Assembly (NCBI GenBank): GCA_977017575.1
Contig: CDRNVI010000041.1
Span: forward strand, 248,001-312,000
DNA length: 64,000 nucleotides
Direction of reading: 5' to 3'
DNA from: Paramoeba atlantica
Taxonomy: Eukaryota; Protista; Discosea
Shown here piece after piece: positions 1-10,109 of this stretch; position 1 is the stretch's first letter, and each line of letters starts with the position of its first letter. A program made the translations under genes and the position numbers. The notes under the pieces were generated by a model. The model made no database searches. It was not told the DNA's origin and worked only from the letters and a program-made list of their open reading frames with translations.

Positions 1-658
1 GGGACCGAGAGTGGTCAGTAAACTGCAAAAAGACAAATTTCATAAATTGTCTTTTGGTGATCTTGAGGCGGCGGTGGGGCGGTCTTCTGTATGGATCTGC
101 AGTCTTGCGGCTCAATATGCCACGCTTTTATTTAGCGATGAAAGTCGCGCAGCGTAGGATCAACTTATTAAATCGCTGTCCGTATTTTATCGACAAGCAG
201 TTGATCTTCCGGTAGTTACTCGTTCTACACTTACCGAATGGCGAAATGAATTGATATGCAATCTTCCCCGACCCCCGCCTCCTCATCCTGACACCGTTCC
301 TCACCACCACAAGTTATACACGGATGCTTCTGCGAAGGGATGGGGGGGCATCATTTACCTTGATTCTGGGGAGGTATTAATTACTGGTGAGGCATGGCCG
401 AAAAATTTTAAGTATGAAGTGAATCGGCCGAAGCGATGGCGGTCCGCTTAGCTATTAAAAAGTTTGCTATGCACTCCCCCAAAGGAACGTGCTTGGATAT
501 CTTCGTGGATAACACCTCTGTAAGGCAGCGTTGAACAGGAGATTATCGAAGTCAGAAGGAGTGTCAAAGAATTGAAAGAAATAATACGAGACACTGAGAA
601 ACGTGGGATTTGTGTCGAGGCGAGATATGTGTCTACGTTGAACAATCCGCCGATCATA

Positions 659-1617
659 TTTCTTTTTTAGGCTCTTCGTTAAACGCGGTGGTTGCTTTCA
701 ACTTAGAAGTCACTCATGCTGCGCGCTTCGCGTTGAAAACTACCGCCGCGTTTAACGAAGAGCCTAAAAAAGAAAATTTAGCCTGGAAAACGGAAAGATT
801 ATAGCCAAAAATAGCCGAATTTCGGGTACAAATGGGGTCATTTTCGCATATTTTTGGCTCTCAGAGCACTAAATCCGACATTTGCGCGTGGGAAATCACT
901 CGCAGCATGAATGAAAGCCTACCGAACGTATTGGGTAGAGAATACGACTCCAACCATACCATTCTTTCGACACAAAAATGCCCCTTTAGGTCCGAAAAAT
1001 ACTTTTTCACCTTTTTTAGTCAAAAGTGGGTCAATTTGAGGGGCGCACCACAGTTCGAAGAAGTGATACCTTGCGAAAACAACTGCGTAGAAAGCTAGTG
1101 TAGGTCCCAAACTATCAAAATACAATAGGGGAAACGATTTGGAAAATATTTTTTTTGTCATTTTTTTCGCCAAGTTGAATTTTTTTTTGGAAAAATTTTT
1201 TCCGAAAAAATCCGAACTTGGCGGACCCGTCCTGCGGATACGCGGGGGGGTCACCCCCGGGTAGGGGGGTGGAAAATGCGCGCCAAGACCCCGGCTACCC
1301 TTTCTGCGGTTTTTTTTTCGAAAACTAATTTTTTTCGAAAAAATTTGCTCGACCCTGGATGACCCCCCCCCTGGACCCCCCCCCTGGACCCCCCCCCTGG
1401 ACCCCCCCCTGGACCCCCCCCCTGGACCCCCCCCCTGGACCCCCCCCATGGACCCCCCATTTTTTTCAAAAATTTTTTTCAGTTTTGGACCACCGGAGCC
1501 CCCTTTTATATTTTTTTCTTCTATTATATTACTGTGTTCCTCTTTATATTTTCACTGTTTTTGTTCACTTTTTTTTCAATAATCGAGTGTAGAGCGGTAG
1601 TTTTACAACCACCGCAA
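659..1617 (+). mobile_element. Non-autonomous element family A, copy 1 (Helentron/HINE-like architecture)
   Basis: Near-identical to 1651-2548 (inverted) and 37651-38547. Left terminal hairpin (659-689 pairs with 746-775). Right end GCGGTAGTTTTACAACCACCGCAA is built from reverse complements of two left-end motifs. Non-coding, with an internal C-rich tandem repeat. Confidence 0.75.
1361..1459. repeat. (GGACCCCCCCCT)n-type tandem repeat inside element A; G-quadruplex-prone on the minus strand
   Basis: About 8-9 C-run units here; fewer units in copies A2 and A3. Confidence 0.85.
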
Positions 1618-1650
1618 TAAGTCGGGGTAAAGAAGTTGACATTAAACAGA

Positions 1651-2548
1651 TTGCGGTGGTTGTAAAACTACCGCTCTACACTCGATTATTGAAAAAAAAG
1701 TGAACAAAAACAGTGAAAATATAAAGAGGAACACAGTAATATAATAGAAGAAAAAAATATAAAAGGGGGCTCCGGTGGACCAAAACTGAAAAAAAAATTT
1801 GAAAAAAATGGGGGGTCCATGGGCGGGGTCCAGCGGGGGGGTCCAGGGGGGGGGGGCATGGTCGAGCAAATTTTTTCGAAAAAATTAGTTTTCGAAAAAA
1901 AACCGCAGAAAGGGTAGCCGGGGTCTTGGCGCGTATTTTCCATCCCCCTACCCGGGGGTGACCCCCCCGCGTATCCGCATGACGGGTCCGCCAAGTTCGG
2001 ATTTTTTCGGAAAAATTTTTTTGAAAAAAATTTCAACTTGGCGAAAAAAATGACAAAAAAGAATATTTTTCCAAAATCGTTTCCCCTATTGTATTTTGAT
2101 AGTTTGGGACCTACACTAGCTTTCTACGCAGTTTTTTTCGCAAGGTATCACTTCTTCGAACCGTGGTGCGCCCCTCAAAATGACCCATTTTTGACTAAAA
2201 AAGGTGAAAAAGTATTTTTCGGACCTAAAGGGGCATTTTTGTGTCGAAAGAATGGTATGGTTGGAGTCGCATTCTCTACCCAATACGTTCGGTAGGCTTT
2301 TATTCCTGCCTACGAGAGATTTCCCACGCGCAAATGTCGTATTTAGTGCTCTGAGAGCAAAAATATGCGAAAATGACCCCATTTGTACCCGAAATTCGGC
2401 TACTTTTGGCTATAATCTTTCCGTTTTCCAGGCTAAATTTTCTTTTTTAGGCTCTTCGTTAAACGCGGCGGTAGTTTTCAACGCGAAGCGCGCAGCATGA
2501 GTGACTTCTAAGTTGAAAGCAACCACCGCGTTTAACGAAGAGCCTAAA
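1651..2548 (-). mobile_element. Non-autonomous element family A, copy 2 (inverted relative to copy 1)
   Basis: Reverse complement of 669-1617 with SNPs and a shorter C-repeat. Confidence 0.75.
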
Positions 2549-3698
2549 TAGACCGGTCATCTATTATTGTGTTAACCTTCCCTAGTTATTTTCGAAGAGA
2601 GAAAAAAAAAAAATTACTGTGTGTTCGGGAAAATATTGTGACGTGTGTGTGGGCAGGTAGCCGCCGGGTTTGGCGGGTGCAACCCGCTAACATAGTGATA
2701 TATTATAAATTTATATTGTTTGTTTTGAAAGGCCTATTTTGCCAAGATGATGTAGAAGCTACATACGTTTCAACTTGCTTTTCATGTATATGATATGAAT
2801 AGGTGAACTCATGTGAAAATAAATTATTATTTCATCTTTATAGTTATTTTCTTTTATGTCCTGTGCGGCCCCTCGGTGTGGATTTCGTGCGGAATTCCGA
2901 CCTTGCTGGCGACGAAAACCTCAGCGTCACAGAACGTGCAGAATTAGCCATCGACCAACGCTCCATTAGAAATGCTCTCCAAACCGCCCGATCTGGGAAC
3001 ATAAGCAAAGCAACAAGAATCTTGGACAATGTTTACGAAACCTCCTCTTTGTCGCCCGATGCAAAAGTGAAAAAACTCCAAGAACTACACCCTGAAGGCT
3101 TGCCTATCGAAATTCCAGAAGCTGACTTCCCACGCATCGGCGTAGTAGAAAAAAACGAGCTTCGTCTGGCAACCGAGAAATTGGCTAAAGGTGCTTCCCC
3201 TGGACCAACCGGCTTTAGTGAGAGCATGATGCGACTTCTAGCAGACGACGAAGGATCATGCCTTTCACTTTGTCATATGTTTCGGGACGTTATCAACGGC
3301 GAAGTCCCTCAAAGTGTACGCAAACGGCTGACACGATGTAGAATCATTGCGCTTCCTAAGCCACAGAATGGCATACGACCGGTTGCTATGGGGGAGACTG
3401 TTTTGAAGCTTTGCGGTACAATTCTCCTTCAACGGCATGAAAGCGCACTTCAGGGTTTCTTTGCCCCTATCCAGCGAGGCATTTTACAGCGAAATGCTTG
3501 TGAATCAATCGTTCACGAACTTCTAGAGGAATACGATACCGGTCATGCTCTCTTAACTGTGGAATTCAAAAATGCGTACAACACCCCACAGCGGAACTCC
3601 ATCGTTAGAGCTCTTCTGGGTAACCCAATTTTCAAACCGTTTATGCGCCTTTTCTACTTTGAATATGGCTTACCCTCTGAGTTGCTCTTCTTTGCGAA

Positions 3699-5013
3699 CC
3701 CAGATTGAAAGGGGCGAGGAAGATACGAAGCAACAGGCGTGGCAGATTCCCACTGAAAAGAAATGGTATATCCCTGCACGAAGTTTGTCTCTGAGCTAGC
3801 AAGCGCAAAGGCTTTTCTCGTGCGGTGAGATACCATTTCTTTTCAGTGGGAATCTGCCACGCCTGTTGCTTCGTATCTCCCTCGCCCCTTTCAATCTGGG
3901 TTATCTACAAGCTGGCCGCCCTTCCACAACATGGCCAGCTGGCCACCCTTGTGTGCAGATGGCCACTGCAGCTACATTGCATTACTGCAGTCACTTCCTC
4001 ACGTGGCAGTGCACTTACTCTCGCACGTGCCACTGCAGCTACACTGCAGTCACTGACTCTCTCACGCGCCACTGCATCTACACTGTGTTCACTGCCTCAC
4101 GTGGAAGTAGGCTTACTCGCGCACGTGCCACTGCATCTACACTGCGTTCACTGCCTCACGTGGCAGTACTCTGTCACTTACCACTGTACTTACAGTGGTA
4201 GTGCACGTACTCTTGCACGTGCCACTGCAGCTGCAGTGCATCACTGCAGTCACTTCTTCACGCGGCAGTGCAGCTGCATTGCATCAATACAGTCACTGCC
4301 TCACGTGGCAGTACACTTACTCTCTCAAGTGCCACTGCAGCTACACTGCATTACTGCAGGCACTTCCTCACGTGGCAGTGCACTTACTCTCGCACGTGCC
4401 ACTGCGGCTACACTGCAGTCACTGCCTCTCTCACGCGCCACTGCGTCTACACTGTGTTCACTGCCTCACGTGGCAGTACACTTACTCTCTCAAGGGCACT
4501 GTATCTGCACACTACCACTCGGAGCTGCTCATTATTTTTCTCTCTATATATATACAAAATGCAAACCGTGTTTTTGGTGGCCAGCTGGCCACTTTTTCGA
4601 GAAAAAAAATTCTGAAAAAAAAATTTGTTCCGAATATGTTTTTTTTGCGATCTTGAGCAAATAATTTTTCTTGCGATTTTTTTAGTAAAATGTCGATGTC
4701 GGGAATCGAACCGCGGACGTCCAGCGTCAAAATGGAACCCCTTTACCAACTGGACTACTCAAAGGACGCTCCTTAGTCAACCAGTTTGTCGTATCGCAGG
4801 TCTTTGCACACGCACCTTTTTTTGCCAAAGGTGTTCTAAAATTTGGGAAATAAGGTTGTTTTAGATGATTTTTAGAGTATTGAAGAGTTCATCTAATGAC
4901 CTACTGCTCTGTTTCGGAATTTTGAAAAAACTCGATCTTATGCTTCTTTGATGATCTTTTTCAATTTTTGGAATTAACCTTAGTAAGCGAGTTAGATACT
5001 CCGTATCTCCCTC
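3699..5013 (+). mobile_element. Non-autonomous element family B, copy 1 (Helentron/HINE-like)
   Basis: Flanked by AA on both sides. ~82-bp-arm terminal hairpin at 3699-3900. Right end GATACTCCGTATCTCCCTC is a small hairpin plus a sub-terminal IR. Central CACGTG/CACTGCA minisatellite (~3960-4500). Homologous to 14991-17061. Confidence 0.8.
4688..4762 (-). promoter_or_regulatory. tRNA-derived Pol III unit (A box, B box, T4 terminator) inside element B1; not a functional tRNA
   Basis: TAGTCCAGTTGG ... GGTTCGATTCC ... TTTT. The T-stem and anticodon stem do not pair canonically. Confidence 0.6.
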
Positions 5014-6765
5014 AATAACTCTCTATACTCCACAATAGAAAGCACCTCAGGTATCCGACAAGGCTCTGCTCTCTCATCACTTTACTTCTGCGCACTTCTT
5101 CAGGGCCCCCTTTTGGAGATTGCATCCTTGTACCCTGAGGTCAAAATAAGAGCCTACCAAGACGATGTAACGATGAGTTCGAACAGCGTGACTTCGCTAG
5201 AAGCTGCTTTTCTACACCTGCGCGAAATTACGACGGAGCTTAACTTGCACATCAACTTTCAAAAATGTGAATGGTTCCAGAAAAGCAGTCCTTTATTCTT
5301 CCAAACTTCGCCGCTGCAGGGGCTTGGCGTTAGTGCGCGCCTAGATTCTATCAAAGTATTAGGAGCTTTCATCGGCGAAGACGCAGTAATTGAGAACCTT
5401 CTCCTCAAAAAAATGGAGAAGCATAAATGCCTGTTCCGTAGATTATTGCTTATGGGTCCTAGTAATTTGTCTCTCGCCATTCTTCGCCGCTGTACCATTC
5501 CGAGGCAAGATTACCATCTTCGAGTTCATCGACCAAGCGCCACTCTCACTTTCGCCCGCACTTTTGATTCGCACGTCCACAAAGTTCTGGAAAAGTGGTG
5601 TGGTGCGGATGAGAACACGCTAAAACTAGCAGCTCTACCTCAGAAACTTGGTGGCCTAGGCCTTATTTCGTCGACTCTGAAGCAAAAACACTTCTTTGAC
5701 ACTTCCCGCAATTCCATTGATGAGCATCCTAAACCCATTAACGCTCCGGTGGATTCAAAGGGAAACAACAAAGCGGTGAAAAAGGGACAAAGTCGGGGAG
5801 AAACGGCCCGGAAATTACTCAAGAAGCAAATACTCATAGAACACGAAAAACAGGCGTCGGAGCTGCAGAAGAAGAACAATCAGCTGGAGCATCTATTAAA
5901 ACGTACGAAGGAAGCTAACTCACACCTAACAAGCACCAACAACTACGTGAATCTCTACCTTTTCCGATACACGCTGATGATGCGCCTAGGCATCGGCCTA
6001 GCGAAAGCTCCCAAGGATGTGATATGCCCAGGATGCTGCGGTCGTGAAACTCCTTCCAGCATTATCCCGCACATCGCAGGCTGTTCTCGTTGTTCAGGGA
6101 TGAACTGTACGCGAAAACACTCGCACATAGTACGATATTTAGCAGAATTGTGCGCACGAGCCGGCCTGCCATGTGTCATCGAGCCGCGTATTCACACCTC
6201 CTTCTACTGTGTCAAGTGCAAGTGTTCAATTTCCGCAGAAGCGGCAGAGCAACATCCATGCAAAGCAAGAAGAATTCGCTCGGGTCCCGACCTAGCAATC
6301 ATGTGGCCTCACCTTGGAGAGGTGCTGTACGACTTCACAGTCGTACACACCTGCTGCAGCAGCTATGCCAAGAATACCACCAATGCTCTCATGCAGCAAG
6401 CCCTAGACCGCAAGGTAAAAAAGTACGTTCACGAAAAAGGTGTTGACCGCGAATCTTTCCGTTGCATTGCTGCCTCTGATTGTGGACTTTTGCACGATGA
6501 CACCAAGGACCTTCTCAAGGCGCTGTCTCATCGAACCTCGCAGGATTTTCAACACGTCAAGGAAGCGTTTCAACTCGAAATAGAAAAGTTGTCCGCTTAT
6601 ACGGTTGTGTCACAGCTCCGGGAATACATTCCTGGAGTGCAATGGGTGGGCGGCCTCCGCCGTTGAAAAGACAGCGAAGAACCCAAACTTTCAAATTCCC
6701 GCAATCCTAGCAAAATTTAACACTCTATCAACAATTTCCGCATTCCTAGCAAAATTTAACACTCT

Positions 6766-6905
6766 AACAACAACGACAACAACAAGAACAACAACAGCAG
6801 CAATATCAACAACAACAGCAATAGCGAAACAATAACAAAATCCATAACGACGAAGACGACGACGACGACGACAACAACAACAAAAGCAACAGCAACAACA
6901 ACAGC
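6766..6905. repeat. (AAC/GAC/AGC)n microsatellite in the CRE family-1 3' UTR
   Basis: Direct reading. Confidence 0.85.
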
Positions 6906-7048
6906 CTACCTTATCAAATTCTATTAACTATCCAAGAATGCTCTCATTTTCCCAGCATTTGTAAATAATTCCGTGTATCCGTTGTGCTAGAAACTTTCAT
7001 TGAAGCGATATATCATGAAGAGTAAAAAAAAAAAAATGTTTTTAAAAA

Positions 7049-7092
7049 TTGTTTTTATTGGTCTTATACTTACGGGAGATCGAATTGCTAGC
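7049..7092 (+). mobile_element. Very short 3'-terminal fragment of CRE family 2
   Basis: Matches 62395-62432 (CTTATACTTACGGGAGATCGAATTGCTAG). Confidence 0.65.
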
Positions 7093-7296
7093 TCGGATGT
7101 TACTCCGATGCGTACGACCGGTCCTTGCGGACCGGCGGGCGATCCAGCCGTAGAAAGCCACGGCTGGCACTTCACTTAGGACGGGAGTCGGAGACGCAGC
7201 GTGGCTAGGCCACACACTGACCAGCGGTCCCTACGAGAGGGGCAACCAATCCTCCGCGCGCCTTCAAAGAAGGTGGTACAAAACGTTTAATTTAAA

Positions 7297-7956
7297 TAAT
7301 AGTTCACGTTTTGAAATTCAGCCGAGGGGCGGCTATATATTTGCCTGCTGGCCCTTCGGGGCACATAATTTAACGATAAAGATACAGTGTCTGTACCTTG
7401 CTGGTTGTTATTTTGTTACGTTTAAAGTTTTGTGTATGAGATCCCAACGTTTACGGGCTCCGTCGGAGCCACGCCAGGAGCGCGATAGATCACCGAAGCG
7501 GAATAGGGCGCCGACACTCATTCAGACCTCCTCCGTCCAAGACCATTCTAAGCGTCAGTCCCTTTCGTGCCCTCCCGTGCGCGTCCCTCTCCCCCCTCTC
7601 CCCACGCAGCCGGCTCCGCAGGTATCCGCGCGACCTCCTCCGATTCCCCCTACTCCTGTCCCAGCGCGCCGAAAGGTACGCCCTTCTGGTAGAGCACTCA
7701 GCCCCGCCCGAGAACCGCCTAGCCCTCTCCCTTCCAACCTTGGCCGAGGGTTCCGGTGGGGGGGAACCCCTTTAACAGAGTGACATTGATTGTGCTGTTT
7801 TATGCAGGCTTGTTTCTTTTCCATCTTTGTGCGTGTGAAATGAATGAATGATATGTTGTGTCATTTTGAATTACGATTGAGCTATTCATAGTTGTTCATT
7901 TATTCATATATGTTATCAGTGTATATGTTTCCAGGGAGCCCCTCGACGTGGATTTC
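7297..7956 (+). mobile_element. 660-bp internally deleted mini YR retrotransposon (family Y) with both termini and an SL copy
   Basis: 5' hairpin module as at 50870; SL at 7369-7403; gag start MRSQRLRAP at 7436, matching 51048 up to ~7742; right terminus as at 2868-2886. No TSD compared with the empty site at 26705/26706. Confidence 0.85.
7369..7403 (+). ncRNA. Spliced-leader-derived sequence (nt 4-38, two substitutions)
   Basis: TTTAACGATAAAGATACAGTGTCTGTACCTTGCTG. Confidence 0.8.
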
Positions 7957-8812
7957 GTTATTGAATTCCAGATGCCCTACGTTTCCTTTTTCGAGCACAC
8001 GTCCCGTCTTCTTTGTGGTTCTTTATAGCTTGGGCCCACCTATTTCTGTTCTGGGCCATCGTCTTCCACAGTTGTGGTGGTATTCCTGACCTTTCACACG
8101 CTTTTTCTACGGCTTGAACGTAAGGAGGATTTGTGCATGGTAAGCGGTGGTGCATTAGTATCCCGAATAGCGTCTTATTAGGGTGCCGATGTTCATCCAT
8201 ACGAGCTACGTGCCCTGCATAGCTGAGAATTCTTGGGTCATAAAGCAGTTGAGTAGGCTCTTTGCCTATATCCTTGAACGTTACTCCCACTTCCTGTGCG
8301 CGCTTATCCACAAAATCCTTATATTTTTCGGTTTGTTCAATTGTACTTTTTTTTTTGTTTTCGTACGTCCCACTTGGGGATTAGCATCCCACACGGGAAA
8401 AAAGCAGAAAAGGCCGGATTAAAACTCAAATCAGAATTTTGAGGTGTAGCATACTTCTTATTCTACATATAAATGCTTCAATTACTTTCACAAGTTCTCA
8501 TTATCGTATGATGATGATGTATATTTATACGAAGATTTTTTTTTTTTGGGTGTGCACCCCCCTAGGCCCACCGGAAGCCTACCCACTTTTCATATGGATT
8601 TTCATCATATAAAAATCCATTTCTAAAGAAAATCCATTTCTAAAGAAAATACCTTTCTTTCTTAAGCAAAAAGGAAATTTGTCCATTTAATAGCCCTCAG
8701 AGTTTAGTGTCCTGTATCTGTGCCCATGTTGTCGTTGTTGGGTCCTGTATTTGTGCCCATGTTGAATAATACGAGATAGACTTGACTTTGGAGACTAGAA
8801 GATTATTCGGCT

Positions 8813-10073
8813 TCAAAGGCTTATGCCACCTAGCCATTTTTCACCCTGTATGTGGTTCCGCAATTGCGATACGATAGTGTAAGCCGCAAACTTTTCATTT
8901 TCCAATTGAAAAGCTTCACGTATAACTTTTGGGTCAGAATCGGCTCGTTTTGCAAGGGCTTTGATCAAGACCTTGGTATCTTCATGTAACATTCCACAAT
9001 CCGTTAAAGCGATGCAACGAAAATACTCTGGTTCTAACCCCTTCTCTACAACGTATTTCCGATGTTTTCTTTCTACGGCACTCTCTAACAGGGCTTTTCT
9101 GGTCTGTTTCTGGTAACTGCTGCATAGTGTGTGGACAACTGTGACATCATATAGAACTTCTCCAATATCTGGCCACATTATCGCCAGATCGTATACGACG
9201 AGCTCGGCATGGGTGCCTCTCTGCTGCTTCTGGTGATATGGAGCACTTGCACTTTGTGCAGAAAAACGAGGAATACAGACGCGGTTCCACGGCACATGGT
9301 AGGCCTGCTTTCCCACACAGATTTGATAGGTATCTCACAATGTGTGAGTGCTTTCTTGTGCAATTCATTCCGGCACATTTCGAGCATCCGGCGACATGAG
9401 GAATTATACCAATCGGCGATTCACTGATCCCACAGCCTGGGCAAGAGATTTTACTTGAAGCATTAGGCAGTCCAATAGCTAATCTCATCTTGAGTGTTTG
9501 CTGAAATAAGTACGGGTTTACATAATTGTTTGTCGAGAGTAGATGATAATTCGCTTCTTTGGAACGTTTTATAACCCCACTGAAACGAGGATTCGATTTC
9601 AGCTCCGCTGCTAGCTTTTCGTGCTCACTATTTGCCATTTTTTTCATTGCAGTACGTGCGCATTGTGATCCCGTTGTCCTCATACCTTTTCGTTGCTTCT
9701 CAAGTTTTTCTACCGGAGCTTCATGTGGTTTGAATTGCTCATCGATAGATTGACGAGAAGCGTCAAAGAGGTAACGATGTTTTAGGATCGTTGAGGTTAT
9801 TCCCAGTCCTCCCATTTTGCATGGCAAAGAAGCGAGTGTTAGAGCATCTTCGTCAGCGTCACACCATTTCACTAAGACCTGCCGGATCTCCTTATCGAAT
9901 TCCTGTGCTAGAAGAAGGGAAGCTCCCGGTTTGTGTACTCGCAAGTGATAATCATGACGTGGTAATGTACAGCGTTTGAGAATTGCTAGTGAGAGATTGC
10001 TTGGGCCCATGCGACTGAGTCTTCGAAACAAACAGTTGTGTTTTTCTAATTTTTCAAGGAGCATGCGTTCTAT
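8813..10073 (-). pseudogene. CRE family-1 RT C-terminus/RLE fragment, frameshifted
   Basis: MGPSNLSLAILKRC, LPCKMGGLG, CPGC..H..C, YDVTVVH. Confidence 0.88.
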
Positions 10074-10109
10074 CTTTAACGATAAAGATACAGTTTCTGT
10101 ACCTTGTTG
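10074..10109 (+). ncRNA. Spliced-leader-derived sequence (nt 3-38)
   Basis: CTTTAACGATAAAGATACAGTTTCTGTACCTTGTTG, about 30 nt before ATG GGC ATG (MGMFTRSRAK). Confidence 0.85.

Larger units (their letters stand above)
1..2886 (+). pseudogene. 3' remnant of a tyrosine-recombinase retrotransposon (family Y relative): degenerate RT C-terminus/RNase H, 3' UTR and right terminus; interrupted by elements A1 and A2
   Basis: 1-658 translates with frameshifts to KVAQRRINLLNRCP...HKLYTDASAKGWGG...NP(A)D, matching the RT-RH at 60750-61280. The spacer at 1618-1652 encodes SRGKEVDIKQ (cf. GRGKEIEMEK). Ends in GCCCCTCGGTGTGGATTTC (2868-2886), like the terminus at 7938-7956. Confidence 0.8.
2887..6666 (+). 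pseudogene. CRE-clade family-1 non-LTR retrotransposon, 5'-truncated RT-RLE ORF split by element B1
   Basis: RT motifs KGASPGPTG, GIRPVAMGE, SGIRQGSALSSL, AYQDD; CPGC..H..C knuckle and GPD..YD RLE. Removing 3699-5015 restores one frame (FFANNSLYSTIE). Confidence 0.9.
7093..8311 (-). pseudogene. 3' fragment of an APE-type LINE (family without RNase H) plus structured 3' UTR; interrupted by the mini YR element at 7297-7956
   Basis: ORF end ...KRKRRASGIQ* (7958-8311) and the UTR at 7143-7296 are near-identical to 26556-27040, where they are contiguous. Confidence 0.8.

Noticed and set aside
3825-4664. Long ORFs (also 15908-16777) in the element-B minisatellite
   Set aside because: Low-complexity translations of a stop-poor tandem repeat, open in several frames and not conserved between copies.
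4688-4762. Functional tRNA-Gln/Glu genes (also 16736-16810 and 32583-32746)
   Set aside because: Acceptor, anticodon and T stems do not pair; only the A/B boxes are retained.
7297-7370. HDV-like ribozyme, suggested by TTCACGT and a UUCG-capped stem
   Set aside because: I could not build the P1/P2/P3 pairings; kept only as an unclassified structured module.
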